Positions 46,171-56,616 of a stretch of 64,000 nt of DNA are shown here, piece after piece. Made by a program: the position numbers and the translations under genes. Every line of letters starts with the position of its first letter. Position 1 is the first letter of the stretch. The stretch comes from Flavipsychrobacter sp. (lineage in GTDB: Bacteria; Bacteroidota; Bacteroidia; Chitinophagales; Chitinophagaceae). The notes under the pieces are model-generated. The model saw only the letters and a list, made by a program, of their open reading frames with translations. It made no database searches and had not been told where the DNA came from. The stretch covers positions 2,901,397 to 2,965,396 of the forward strand of contig OZ246011.1 of NCBI GenBank assembly GCA_965230595.1. Direction: 5' to 3'.

Positions 46171-47496
46171 TTAGTGTTGTACAATTACTTTGTCCGTCAA
46201 CTTCCAGTCACCACCATTTATATTAATCAGGTAAGTACCTGATGGGTAATTAGACACATCAAAGCTGAAAGCATTCAACCCTTTGTTTACATTCACATTA
46301 GTATGCATCATTACCTTACCGGTAATATCAGTTACCACCAGTTGTGTTGAAGCAGCAGTAACGGCATCTACCATCACATTCACTTGGTTAGTAGCAGGGT
46401 TAGGATACACGCTGTGTGCTTTTACGCTATTAGCTAATGCACCAACACTTGTTGAGGCTGCTAAAGTCTTCTTTAAGAAAACAACTTTACCTGTAGAACT
46501 ACCGTCAAAACCTGTAAAATGTAATAAGAAATAAGCTCCTGAATTGGTTTTTATGATAAAGCTAGAATCTGCATGAACACGGTATTTGAACGTTCCCATG
46601 TCAAATGTCTTCCAGTCGTCACCTATTGTATTCACTTCTTTACTCATACTTCCCGTATGTGAAGTATAGTTAGACGAGTTGATCGTACTAGGATCTACAC
46701 CAAATACTTCTGCCACTTCTACATCAAGGTTTACCAATACGCCGGTATAAGCTTGTAGTTGCCCCGGTACAGGACCAAAGATTTTGTTTTTCTGATATTG
46801 TCTGAATAGAATATCCCAATCAGCACGAGATGGCTCTCTATCAATAACAGCACCTGTTTTTACGTTATAGTAAGCGAACAATCTATCGGTATAAGGTGCT
46901 ACTCTTCTTACTGTATCATTTCTATTACCTGTACCATCAAAGTTGGCAATTCTAAAACGATACTCTTCACTACCGGACTTACTTACATATTCTTGAATGT
47001 GAAGTTGATAATGAGTACCATCAACTACAACTAAGTAAAGAGAGTCACCACTTAAATTGTGTGTAGTAGTGTTGTACTTGCCCCAACCAAAGTCAACTTG
47101 GCTAGATGTGTTTCTACCTACAGTGAATGCTCCTTCACCCCAACTGGTATCGTTATTTACCAATTGCATAGTTGGATTGGTTTTCCCAATAGTGTCAGAA
47201 GCGACTAAGCCACCAAACTTACTAGACGTTAAGCCTAAAGAATATACCTGAACTTTCCCTTTGATATGGTTGGCACGTATACTAGCATTGAATGACGAAC
47301 TACCAAACTTTGTTGTTTGGAAAGCGATATGCCAATCATCAGCTGTATGGGTTTTCTTATTCCCGTTAGACAGGTTGTAGTATACATCATCTGTATAACC
47401 CGAACCTAAACTCACTGAATCGGCCACCCAGGTTTGTGCAGATGTGGATAACGTTGCTGCACATGCCAACGACAATAGTGTATATTTTAATTTCAT
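46171..47496 (-). CDS. HmuY-like ligand-binding protein with T9SS type-A C-terminal sorting domain
   Basis: Signal peptide. Two DW(H/D)I(A/L)F motifs (ADDWHIAFQ, RADWDILFRQ) as in HmuY-family proteins. C-terminal VYPNPATNQVNV...GTYLININGG...KVIVQH matches the Por secretion tail. Confidence 0.65.
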   Translation of the reverse strand: MKLKYTLLSLACAATLSTSAQTWVADSVSLGSGYTDDVYYNLSNGNKKTHTADDWHIAFQTTKFGSSSFNASIRANHIKGKVQVYSLGLTSSKFGGLVASDTIGKTNPTMQLVNNDTSWGEGAFTVGRNTSSQVDFGWGKYNTTTHNLSGDSLYLVVVDGTHYQLHIQEYVSKSGSEEYRFRIANFDGTGNRNDTVRRVAPYTDRLFAYYNVKTGAVIDREPSRADWDILFRQYQKNKIFGPVPGQLQAYTGVLVNLDVEVAEVFGVDPSTINSSNYTSHTGSMSKEVNTIGDDWKTFDMGTFKYRVHADSSFIIKTNSGAYFLLHFTGFDGSSTGKVVFLKKTLAASTSVGALANSVKAHSVYPNPATNQVNVMVDAVTAASTQLVVTDITGKVMMHTNVNVNKGLNAFSFDVSNYPSGTYLININGGDWKLTDKVIVQH

Positions 47497-47609
47497 ATGC
47501 TGAAGATGATTATGTTATGGCTGTAAAGGTACAACCACTTCCACCCTCAGAATGGTTTTGTCATAAGTCTTTACAAACTCATGACAGAAGGGTTAAAGCC
47601 CCATGAAAT

Positions 47610-48602
47610 CTAGCCTAACCACCCTTGCTGATACAGATATTTTGCTATTTGCACCGCATTAGTAGCAGCTCCTTTACGAAGGTTATCGGCTACCACCCAA
47701 CAGTTGAGTGTGTTGGGCTGTGTATGATCTCTGCGAATGCGACCAACAAACACATCGTCCTTACCGGCAGCATATAGTGGTGTTGGGTAACTGTTCATCT
47801 CAGGATTGTCAATAACGACCACACCAGGGAAGATATTCAAAAGTTGCTTAACGTCCGATTCATGAAAATCATCCAGCATTTCAATATTCACGCTTTCACT
47901 ATGACCACCCATTACCGGCACTCTAACTGTAGTAGCCGTCACTTTGATACGCTCATCTCCCATGATCTTATTGGTCTCCTGTATCATCTTCATTTCCTCT
48001 TTGGTATAGCCATTTTCTTGGAATACATCTATATGAGGGATGATATTCATGTCTATTTGATGCGGATATACCTCAGCCTTAGTATCTCCTGCACGCTGAT
48101 TATTCAGCTCATCTACTGCTTTTTGGCCGCTACCGGTAACCGATTGGTAAGTGCTCACCACTACCCTCTTGATCGTGTATTTATCATGTATTGGCTTCAA
48201 AACCATCACCATTTGTATGGTGGAGCAGTTAGGATTAGCAATGATCATGTCTTTTTCCGTCAAAGCGTTGCCATTCACCTCAGGCACGATCAGCTTTTTG
48301 GTAGGATCCATGCGCCAAGCCGAAGAATTATCAACTACTCTACAGCCTGCCTCGGCAAACTTAGGCGCCAACTCCAGCGATAAAGAACCACCACAGGAGA
48401 ATAGTGCCAATGCCGGTTTCATTGCAATAGCTGTATCCGCATCTACTACCTCATATTCCTTACCCTTGAAGCTCACCTTGCTACCTACCGAACGGGCAGA
48501 AGCTACAGGAATGAGCTCTGTTACGGGAAAATGACGCTCTTCTAATATCTGCAACATGGTACGTCCTACCATTCCTGTTGCGCCAACTACAGCTACTCGC
48601 AT
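47610..48602 (-). CDS. asd: Aspartate-semialdehyde dehydrogenase
   Basis: MRVAVVGATGMVG (start moved to ATG 48602) and active-site NPNCSTIQMV. Confidence 0.93.
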   Translation of the reverse strand: MRVAVVGATGMVGRTMLQILEERHFPVTELIPVASARSVGSKVSFKGKEYEVVDADTAIAMKPALALFSCGGSLSLELAPKFAEAGCRVVDNSSAWRMDPTKKLIVPEVNGNALTEKDMIIANPNCSTIQMVMVLKPIHDKYTIKRVVVSTYQSVTGSGQKAVDELNNQRAGDTKAEVYPHQIDMNIIPHIDVFQENGYTKEEMKMIQETNKIMGDERIKVTATTVRVPVMGGHSESVNIEMLDDFHESDVKQLLNIFPGVVVIDNPEMNSYPTPLYAAGKDDVFVGRIRRDHTQPNTLNCWVVADNLRKGAATNAVQIAKYLYQQGWLG

Positions 48603-48620
48603 GATCTTGATTTTAGACGG

Positions 48621-48628
48621 CAAAGATA
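48621..48628 (-). promoter_or_regulatory. Bacteroidota -7 box (TATCTTTG) for asd
   Basis: Plus-strand CAAAGATA, 18 nt upstream of the ATG at 48602. Confidence 0.4.
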
Positions 48629-48798
48629 AGTAGCTCTCATGGTACTAATGAAAAAATGTTACATTTTGTTACACTACCCCCTCAACTGTAACATTTTCTG
48701 ACAACGACATTATCAATAACAAAAATACACATTAATAAACATATTGTGAATTAAATATTACTCCTAAGCATTCCTCCTCAGCTATTAGAAAAACCCAC

Positions 48799-48806
48799 TA
48801 CCTTTG
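48799..48806 (+). promoter_or_regulatory. Bacteroidota -7 box (TACCTTTG) for the ABC exporter
   Basis: A TAnnTTTG match ending 7 nt before the ATG at 48814. Confidence 0.45.
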
Positions 48807-48813
48807 CTAGCGT

Positions 48814-50601
48814 ATGAAGAACCTGGCCGCACTGAATAAATACCTACTGAAGTATAAATGGCGCTTACTGGCAGGTATGTTGTTTATCACCATATCCAAC
48901 ATATTGGCGGTGATGCCTCCTGTCATCATTCGTAATATTATCGATCAGGTGCAGCAGAATATCACTAGCTACAGGCTGGTTGAGAACACGGCTGTTTCCA
49001 GCGACTTCCGCTCATACATTTTTCAACTAGTGGTGTGGAATGGCCTCTTACTTTTAGGCTTAGCATTACTACGCGGTCTATTCATGTTCCTCATGCGCCA
49101 AACCATCATTGTAATGTCTCGTTTTATTGAGTACGACCAAAAGAATGAGATATACGAACAATACCAAAAACTGGACACCCAATTCTATAAAAGCAATTAT
49201 ACAGGCGACCTGATGAACCGAATAGCCGAAGACGTATCGCGTGTGCGTATGTATGTAGGGCCTGCTATTATGTATACCATCAACTTGGTGGTGCTCACCA
49301 TAATGTGTGTTTGGGGTATGTTACGCGTTAGTCCCTTATTGACGCTATATGTTATCATACCTCTTCCATTATTAGCCTTGACCATTTATTTGGTCAACCG
49401 CATTATCTTTAAGAAAAGTGAGAAGATACAGAGCCAACTGTCAGACATCACTACTACAGCACAAGAGTCTTATTCGGGTATTAGGGTCATTAAATCCTTT
49501 GTGCAAGAGCGCAACATGCTGCGTTTTTTCAACAAGTCATCTGATATTTATAAAGATAGTGCCATCAACCTATCCTTAACGGAAGCTATTTTCTTTCCTT
49601 CCATGAACTTGTTCATCGGGCTGAGCATGATCAGTACTATACTCATAGGTGGTTGGTATGCGATACAAGGCCATATTACTACCGGTAACATTGCCGAGTT
49701 TATTATTTACATCACAATGCTCATGTTTCCGATGATGGCTATTGGGTGGGTGGCTTCTATTGTACAGCGTGCCGGAGCTTCGCAAAAACGCATTAATGAG
49801 TTTCTAAATACTGAACCTAAGATCACCAATAAAGAAGATGCTAAGGAAGCTGACTTAAAAGGTGCTATTGACTTTGAGGATATCACTTTCACCTATCCGC
49901 ATACCGGCATTACAGCCTTAAAAAACTTCAACCTGAAAGTGAAGAAAGGCGATAAAGTGGCCATCATTGGTAAAACAGGTTCAGGTAAGTCTACCATTGT
50001 ACACTTGCTGCTGAGAATGTATGATGCGCAAGAAGGGAAGGTATTACTGGATGGTACACCAATACAAGATTTTGATATCCAAAGCGTTCGTTCACAGATC
50101 GCCTACTCGCCGCAAGAGCCATACCTATTCTCTGATACGATATATAACAACATCAAGTTTGGTAAACCCGATGCTACCCATGCTGAAGTAATGGAAGCAG
50201 CACGACTGGCAGACTTTGCCAAGGACGTAAGTAACCTAAAAGAAGGCTATGAAACGGTAATAGGTGAACGTGGTGTGATGCTATCGGGCGGGCAAAAGCA
50301 ACGCTTGATATTGGCACGTGCTATATTGAAGAACAGCCCGATATTAATGCTGGACGAATCGCTCTCTGCTGTAGATACCCAAACCGAACAGACCATCTTA
50401 AGTAATCTGAAACAACACCTCGTAAACAAAACCACACTGGTCATCACTCATAGAATATTTACCAGTTGGAGCTTTGATAAGATCATTGTGCTGGAAGATG
50501 GCAAGATATGTGAAGAAGGCACGCACGACGAACTCATGGCGCTGGATAAAAAATACGCCAAACTATACAGGCACCAAACGGAAATAACTGAAGACGTATA
50601 A
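48814..50601 (+). CDS. ABC transporter permease/ATP-binding fusion (MsbA/MdlB-type exporter)
   Basis: Six TM helices, then Walker A GKTGSGKST, signature LSGGQKQR and Walker B ILMLDE. Confidence 0.88.
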   Translation: MKNLAALNKYLLKYKWRLLAGMLFITISNILAVMPPVIIRNIIDQVQQNITSYRLVENTAVSSDFRSYIFQLVVWNGLLLLGLALLRGLFMFLMRQTIIVMSRFIEYDQKNEIYEQYQKLDTQFYKSNYTGDLMNRIAEDVSRVRMYVGPAIMYTINLVVLTIMCVWGMLRVSPLLTLYVIIPLPLLALTIYLVNRIIFKKSEKIQSQLSDITTTAQESYSGIRVIKSFVQERNMLRFFNKSSDIYKDSAINLSLTEAIFFPSMNLFIGLSMISTILIGGWYAIQGHITTGNIAEFIIYITMLMFPMMAIGWVASIVQRAGASQKRINEFLNTEPKITNKEDAKEADLKGAIDFEDITFTYPHTGITALKNFNLKVKKGDKVAIIGKTGSGKSTIVHLLLRMYDAQEGKVLLDGTPIQDFDIQSVRSQIAYSPQEPYLFSDTIYNNIKFGKPDATHAEVMEAARLADFAKDVSNLKEGYETVIGERGVMLSGGQKQRLILARAILKNSPILMLDESLSAVDTQTEQTILSNLKQHLVNKTTLVITHRIFTSWSFDKIIVLEDGKICEEGTHDELMALDKKYAKLYRHQTEITEDV

Positions 50602-50630
50602 AAAAGGGAGCTAATCGCTCCCTTTCTCTT
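50601..50630. terminator. Bidirectional terminator
   Basis: AAAGGGAGC-TAATC-GCTCCCTTT flanked by A- and T-rich runs, between convergent genes. Confidence 0.7.
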
Positions 50631-50646
50631 TGTATATATTCCCTTA

Positions 50647-52308
50647 TTATTTTTTCTCTTTAGGGGTAAAGGTCATTGGCATGGTCATTTCCTCATCGCC
50701 ACGTTTTACGGTTACGGTAGTTTCATCACCCACTTCAAAAGAACCTAGTGCCTGCATATAAGTCTGCATACCTTTCACTTTAATGTCGCCTATAGCGGTA
50801 ATGACGTCTCCACCTTTAACACCGGCCACCTGAGCAGGTCTACCTTCCGTTACTCCATCTACACGCACGCCTTCACCTTGGAAAGCATAGTCAGGCATAA
50901 TACCCAATGTAACCTTAAAGCGCACCTTACCTATAGATTTTTGCTTAGTAGGAGTAAATTTAGGCTTGTCCTGACCGTCTAAATTACCTACAACATTATA
51001 TACGTACCTTAATATTTGCGCCTCTCCTTCGTAATTGATCTTGTCTGCATCGTCTTCAGGCTTGTGGTAATCCATATGTGTGCCTGTAAAGAAGAACAAC
51101 ACCGGAATACCTTGGTAGTAGAAAGAGCTATGGTCAGATGGTCCTACACCTGAGCTATCTGTTACTATTTTGAACATGTCTCTTTTGCCATAAGTACTGG
51201 TTGCACTCGCTAATGCAGGAGAAGTACCCACACCACCTACTGTCAATGCGTGTGTACTATCGTTCAACCTACCGATCATATCCATATTGATCATATAGGC
51301 AATGCTATTACTATCCAAGCCCATATCCTTCACGAAAGCCTTAGAGCCTATAAGACCAAGCTCTTCTGCTGAGAAGTGTAGGAACAAGTAGTTGTAGTGG
51401 TTATAGTTCTTACTATTCTTGATCCACATGGCTAGCTGTATCAACCCTGCCGTACCGCTGGCGTTATCATCAGCACCATTGTGTATTTGTGGTTCTTTAC
51501 CCGTATAGCGGCTATTACCATCCTGACCCATACCTAAGTGATCGTAGTGCGCACCTAATACCACGGTGTACTTTGCACCATTATCTACATAGCCGGCAAT
51601 GTTATTACCCGTTAGGTTGGTCTTTTCTATCATGATGTTTATCGATACATCAATACTACCCTTATCATCAGCTATATATGCATTATAAGCATCATGACTG
51701 ATAAATGCAGCAGGTATATCTATATTCTCAAAGTCAGAACGTTTGTTGAACTTAGGCTCATACTCCGCGCCATACTCATCATATAGTATCACACCTTCAG
51801 CACCTTTTTTAGCGGCATCGGTTACTGCTTTGAAAGCTGCTTTCTCCCAATCGAAGTGCGGGTTCTTAGCTTCATCCTCATCCTTGTACAAAGAGATCAT
51901 CCACACACCACCTTGCTCGTTGATATTTGGTAAAATGGTTTTGTTCATTGACCCATCGGAACTAAATGGTAGAGGAAATGCTTGCTCTTCATTCAGTTGA
52001 AGGCCTGCAATTTCGATCTTTGTAGCCGGACCGATCTTCCTACCATTCACAAATGTGAAAGGATAGATATACTTACCTTGATAAGTACTGATGCCTTCCT
52101 GCTTGTAATAGTTAATGATGTAATCAGCGGCTGCTTTCTCACCTGGCGAACCTGTACGACGACCTTTCAGTTCGTCTGAAGCCAGATAACCAATGTCTTT
52201 CTTAAGTTGCTTTACTACTTTCTTATCAGACTTTGGTTGAGCTGATACGGTAGTTGCCCATGCAGCCGGGAGCAAAATGGCTGCGATAATGAATTGTACT
52301 TTCTTCAT
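50647..52308 (-). CDS. M28 family zinc aminopeptidase with PA and C-terminal PDZ domains
   Basis: Start moved to ATG 52308 (MKKVQFIIAAILLPAAWATTVSAQ). Zn-ligand blocks GAHYDHLG, GADDNASGTA and SAEELGL. PDZ domain RPAQVAGVKGGDVITAIGD. Confidence 0.85.
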   Translation of the reverse strand: MKKVQFIIAAILLPAAWATTVSAQPKSDKKVVKQLKKDIGYLASDELKGRRTGSPGEKAAADYIINYYKQEGISTYQGKYIYPFTFVNGRKIGPATKIEIAGLQLNEEQAFPLPFSSDGSMNKTILPNINEQGGVWMISLYKDEDEAKNPHFDWEKAAFKAVTDAAKKGAEGVILYDEYGAEYEPKFNKRSDFENIDIPAAFISHDAYNAYIADDKGSIDVSINIMIEKTNLTGNNIAGYVDNGAKYTVVLGAHYDHLGMGQDGNSRYTGKEPQIHNGADDNASGTAGLIQLAMWIKNSKNYNHYNYLFLHFSAEELGLIGSKAFVKDMGLDSNSIAYMINMDMIGRLNDSTHALTVGGVGTSPALASATSTYGKRDMFKIVTDSSGVGPSDHSSFYYQGIPVLFFFTGTHMDYHKPEDDADKINYEGEAQILRYVYNVVGNLDGQDKPKFTPTKQKSIGKVRFKVTLGIMPDYAFQGEGVRVDGVTEGRPAQVAGVKGGDVITAIGDIKVKGMQTYMQALGSFEVGDETTVTVKRGDEEMTMPMTFTPKEKK

Positions 52309-52405
52309 ATGTGGCGCAAAGTTACGGCAGAAGTACCGAAATAATAGAAAACCGCTTCGAATTAACGAAACGGTTATCACTATTAAAAAAACAACTCTCT
52401 TAAAC

Positions 52406-53062
52406 TCAGGCAGCTTTGATAGAGCCATCGGAACTAACTACCATGGCACTATTGTCTTTCTGCTCTGTATCAGAAGCATCCTTAGGCTGAGCCTCAGCAC
52501 CATCTGTTGGTACTACGATATCTATATCAGATATCTCTTTCAATGATGGCAGGTCATCCGGTGAGTTAATACCCAAATAATCCATGAAGTTCTTAGAAGT
52601 CTCATAGATCAATGGCTTCCCTACTGCATCCTCCTTACGGCCTGCGATGATGATCAACTCCTTCTCCAATAACTTTTGGATGGAATAATCGGCACCCACG
52701 CCCCTGATGTATTCTATTTCTGCTTTGGTCACCGGCTGCTTGTAGCAAATAATTGCTAGTGTTTCCATAGCAGCAGATGATAGTTTTTTGATGTGTTTGT
52801 CTCCATTAAGTTGGAGTACTGTTTTATGAAACGCCTTCTTGGTTAAGAATTGATAGCCTCCACCTGTTTCCATCAGTTGGAACGGGTAGTACTCAGCACT
52901 ATATTTCTCACGGATAGCATCCAAACAAGTAGCAACGCGCTCACCATCCATGATCTCTTCAAACGATTTGCTTAACAGCTCTGTCATCTCCATAAGAGAA
53001 ACAGGACGTTCGCTGGCAAATATCAACGCTTCAACATGTGGCATTAATTGTTCTATATCCAT
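52406..53062 (-). CDS. scpB: Segregation and condensation protein B
   Basis: VEALIFASERPVS and ICYKQPVTKAEIE.IRGV. ATG 53062 is preferred over the track GTG 53071. Confidence 0.85.
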   Translation of the reverse strand: MDIEQLMPHVEALIFASERPVSLMEMTELLSKSFEEIMDGERVATCLDAIREKYSAEYYPFQLMETGGGYQFLTKKAFHKTVLQLNGDKHIKKLSSAAMETLAIICYKQPVTKAEIEYIRGVGADYSIQKLLEKELIIIAGRKEDAVGKPLIYETSKNFMDYLGINSPDDLPSLKEISDIDIVVPTDGAEAQPKDASDTEQKDNSAMVVSSDGSIKAA

Positions 53063-53252
53063 AGTAAACACCGCTTTTCTGGTATGTACCGAAATTAAAT
53101 AAGCTCTGTGATATATGAGGGGTAAAGAAATGCACAGCTGTGAATAAGTAGAATGAAATCTTTGTCAATTAATGCATTAAACATTACATTATTATTGATT
53201 TATATAATAATAACATCAATATAATTGGGCTAAAAGTATGCATTTGAGCTAC

Positions 53253-53732
53253 TTAGAGCTCTAATTTCAGGATCTTGGCGGGTAATTCGGGCAGGTCTTC
53301 ATTGGTTTTCACTTCTTTATAAACCTTTAAGTTGAAGATCATAGCCGTTCCTTTTACTTTGCCAAAGGCAACAATTTCTGTAAATACTTGATCTTCAGCA
53401 GTAGTATAAGTAATGTACCAGGCGTTAGCTTTTGAGCCACCCAGCTTACATTTTACTTTTTTCTTTTGGTACCCTTTTTCATTGGCAGACTGGTCAACAA
53501 ACTGCTTGGGCATTTCACTCAGCAGCATATCGTTGACCTCCAACCAACCCATTTCATAATCATCGCAACGTACCTCGAAATTGGACTCAGCCCTGCAGCC
53601 ATCGGGTATTCTATACTGTTGATCTGCAAATATTAGTTTGCTACCAAATACTTCCTGCTGTGCTGTAGCAAGAAAGTTGAGCATTAAAAGCCAGCTCATA
53701 ACAACAATGCTGATATGGCTGCGCTTGGTCAT
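53253..53732 (-). CDS. Hypothetical secreted protein, translationally coupled to nuoN
   Basis: Signal-peptide-like N-terminus (...LNFLATAQQ) and four Cys. The ATG overlaps the nuoN stop by 1 nt (TAATG). No recognisable motif. Confidence 0.55.
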   Translation of the reverse strand: MTKRSHISIVVMSWLLMLNFLATAQQEVFGSKLIFADQQYRIPDGCRAESNFEVRCDDYEMGWLEVNDMLLSEMPKQFVDQSANEKGYQKKKVKCKLGGSKANAWYITYTTAEDQVFTEIVAFGKVKGTAMIFNLKVYKEVKTNEDLPELPAKILKLEL

Positions 53733-55105
53733 TAGTTAAAGAATAATTGTGGTGCTACACCCAGTAGGATGACTAATATAGTCGTAATGGCTAATAATAA
53801 TTTATCCGTACCAGTCACTTCGTGGTTCAGCTCGGCCTCACCTGTTTTGAAGTACATGGCAATGATAACGCGGAAGTAGTAATAAACACTCACCGCAGCC
53901 ATCAATAAGGCAAAGATCACTAACCATAGCAGGTCGCCTTGTTGTACGGCACTCATCAATACAAAGTACTTGGCCATAAAGCCACCCGTAAGCGGTATGC
54001 CCGCCAGTGACAATAAGAAGATAGTGGTAAAGAAGGCCAAGACCGGTTGCTTCTTAGCTAACCCGTTAAAGCCATCGTAGGTATAATCTTTCATCTTCAG
54101 CAAAACGGCAAACATGCCTATCGTAGCCACACTGTAGGCTACTGCATACAACGTCATGCCTTGCCAAGCCGTGTTGTTTATAGACACTACTGCGAATAAC
54201 ATAAAACCTGCCTGAGCAATGGATGAGTAGGCCAACATACGCTTTACGCTCTGCTGGAATACCGCTGTAATGTTACCCATGAATAAAGTTGCCGCTGTGA
54301 TCACCGCCAAGGTCATCGTCCACTGTGCACCAATATTACCGAAAGAGATATGGAACAATCTTAAGAAACCAATGAACGCACCGGCTTTCACCACTGTAGC
54401 CATAAAGGCAGTAAATGCTGTCGGTGAGCCGTCATACACATCGGGAGTCCAAGTATGCATAGGTGCTGCTGATACTTTAAAGGCAAAGGCGATCATAATA
54501 AGTATGACACCCCCTAAAGCCATCGGGCTCATCACATCAGCACTTAAGAAAGTAAAGTCTAAGATATTGAATGTACCTGTTGCACCATACAATAGTGTAA
54601 TACCCATTAGCAAGATACCTGTCGTGAAAGCCCCCATCAGGAAGTACTTCAACGAAGCCTCATTGCTTTTCAGGTTACGCTTATCGCTACCTGCCAATAT
54701 GTATTGTGGGATAGATAGTATCTCAATACCAATGAATAATATCAACAGGTTGTTATAGCCTGTGAGCAGATACATACCACAGAGAATGAAGAAGATCAAT
54801 GCAAAATATTCCGCCACGTGGTTGCCTACTTCTTTGATGTGTTTACCCGCCAGTAGTACATATAAAAGTGTACATCCCGTCATGAGTGTATTGAACCACA
54901 TAGAGTACTTGTCTATGCGCAGCATATTGTTAAAAAGTATTTGTGGCTCTGATGCACTTGCTGTGGCCAGCTCCCAAATGTTTACACCTAACAATGCCAA
55001 CATAGCCATAGTAGCTATGGTTACTACCGACTTCTTATCCTTGGTTAAGAACCCGGTGTACATCATTACAATTCCCAATATTGTAGCAGCAATAATTGCC
55101 TTCAT
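53732..55105 (-). CDS. nuoN: NADH-quinone oxidoreductase subunit N
   Basis: Polytopic antiporter-like subunit, last of the L-M-N trio. Typical block LAYSSIAQAGF. Confidence 0.9.
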   Translation of the reverse strand: MKAIIAATILGIVMMYTGFLTKDKKSVVTIATMAMLALLGVNIWELATASASEPQILFNNMLRIDKYSMWFNTLMTGCTLLYVLLAGKHIKEVGNHVAEYFALIFFILCGMYLLTGYNNLLILFIGIEILSIPQYILAGSDKRNLKSNEASLKYFLMGAFTTGILLMGITLLYGATGTFNILDFTFLSADVMSPMALGGVILIMIAFAFKVSAAPMHTWTPDVYDGSPTAFTAFMATVVKAGAFIGFLRLFHISFGNIGAQWTMTLAVITAATLFMGNITAVFQQSVKRMLAYSSIAQAGFMLFAVVSINNTAWQGMTLYAVAYSVATIGMFAVLLKMKDYTYDGFNGLAKKQPVLAFFTTIFLLSLAGIPLTGGFMAKYFVLMSAVQQGDLLWLVIFALLMAAVSVYYYFRVIIAMYFKTGEAELNHEVTGTDKLLLAITTILVILLGVAPQLFFN

Positions 55106-55142
55106 TACTATATCAATAGTTATTTGTCAATATTCAAATTAC

Positions 55143-56588
55143 CTACGGCATCATGATCATGTTTACCACACCGGCTGTCATCTCTAACAATGGTTTAGGG
55201 TAAACACCTAAAAATATGATCAAGGCTATAATGATAGCTAAACCCAGATATTCGTTTGTTGTCAAGTCTTTATTCTCTTTCATCTCTACAACACTACCAT
55301 AAGCGGTACGTTGTATCATATTCAACGTATACACCGCACCTAGTATCACACCCAAACCTGCTACTACCATGAAGGTAATGTTGTACTCCGTAGCACTTTG
55401 GAATAGACCGTTGAACAGCATGAACTCACCCACAAAACCATTGGTCAACGGTAAAGCGATGTTAGCCAATGATACAATCACTAAGGCAATAGCCATCTTA
55501 GGTGCTGATGTAGCCATACCGCCCAGCTCCGTCATGTTACGTGTGCCCCAACGCTGCTCTACCATGTGTACGATCAACCACATACCGGTAATGTTGATAC
55601 CGTGGTTGAACATCTGCACCATCAAACCATGCATACCCACCTCTGTATTTGCAAAGGCAACAGCACTCATCAAGCCCATATGTGCAATAGAAGAGTAAGC
55701 TACTAAACGCTTCAGATCTTTTTGCATGATGGCCAATAGTGATGCATACACTATACCTATAATAGATAAGATGATAACAGTCTCCGACCAATAAGCCACA
55801 CCCTCAGGTACCACAGGTAGCAACCAACGTATTACAGCAAACAAGCCCATCTTCACCATCAATGCACTTAGTACTATGGTTACAGGCGTTGGCGATTGCT
55901 CGTAAGTATCGGGCTGCCAAGTATGGAATGGGAAGATCGGCATCTTAATAGCAAAGGCGATAAAGATCAGCCAGAATACCCACTGCTGTTGATCGGCAGG
56001 CAAAGATCTACCGGCATTAATGATATTCTCCCAAGCAAAGGTATTAGCACCTGTACTTTGTGAAGCTAAATAGATAAGAGCAGCCAGTAACATCAAGCTA
56101 CCTAAGAAAGTATAAATAAAGAATTTGAAAGTAATGGCGATACGCTTCTCACCGCCCCATTGCGAACATAGGAAGTATACAGGGATCAAAGCCAACTCCC
56201 AAAAGAAATAGAACAACAAAGCATCACCCGCTAAGAACACACCTGTAATACCTGCTTGTGACAACAGCATCAAACCATAGAATGAGCCTTGGTTCTCCAC
56301 TTTCTTATTGGTATTACTGGTGTATACCGCCAGCATCACAATACTCACCAATAAGCTCAACATAGCACTCATACCATCAGCCACAAAACTTAAGCTTGTA
56401 CCTACAGACGGTATCCAGTCCATACCCCAGGTTACCGGAGTAGTATAAGCATCCATACCTACCAATGCCGATACGACTAGTGTAACTAACGTACTGACAA
56501 TAGCTGTTCCTTTTACCGTATCATTCTTAACAAGGAAACTATATATCCCTGCTACTATTGGAACTACTATGAGTAATGTTATGATCAT
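55143..56588 (-). CDS. nuoM: NADH-quinone oxidoreductase subunit M
   Basis: Antiporter-like subunit with KMPIFPFHTWQPD and LVAYSSIAHMG. Confidence 0.92.
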   Translation of the reverse strand: MIITLLIVVPIVAGIYSFLVKNDTVKGTAIVSTLVTLVVSALVGMDAYTTPVTWGMDWIPSVGTSLSFVADGMSAMLSLLVSIVMLAVYTSNTNKKVENQGSFYGLMLLSQAGITGVFLAGDALLFYFFWELALIPVYFLCSQWGGEKRIAITFKFFIYTFLGSLMLLAALIYLASQSTGANTFAWENIINAGRSLPADQQQWVFWLIFIAFAIKMPIFPFHTWQPDTYEQSPTPVTIVLSALMVKMGLFAVIRWLLPVVPEGVAYWSETVIILSIIGIVYASLLAIMQKDLKRLVAYSSIAHMGLMSAVAFANTEVGMHGLMVQMFNHGINITGMWLIVHMVEQRWGTRNMTELGGMATSAPKMAIALVIVSLANIALPLTNGFVGEFMLFNGLFQSATEYNITFMVVAGLGVILGAVYTLNMIQRTAYGSVVEMKENKDLTTNEYLGLAIIIALIIFLGVYPKPLLEMTAGVVNMIMMP

Positions 56589-56616
56589 AATATTGATGCA
56601 GTATGCTATCTAAAGA

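Noticed and set aside
47497-47609. Possible cobalamin or other riboswitch upstream of the HmuY-like/TonB receptor operon
   Set aside because: The leader is only ~110 nt, with no B12-box-like GCCACTG core and no extended conserved helices. Only a 6-bp hairpin (TGTCAT...ATGACA) is present.
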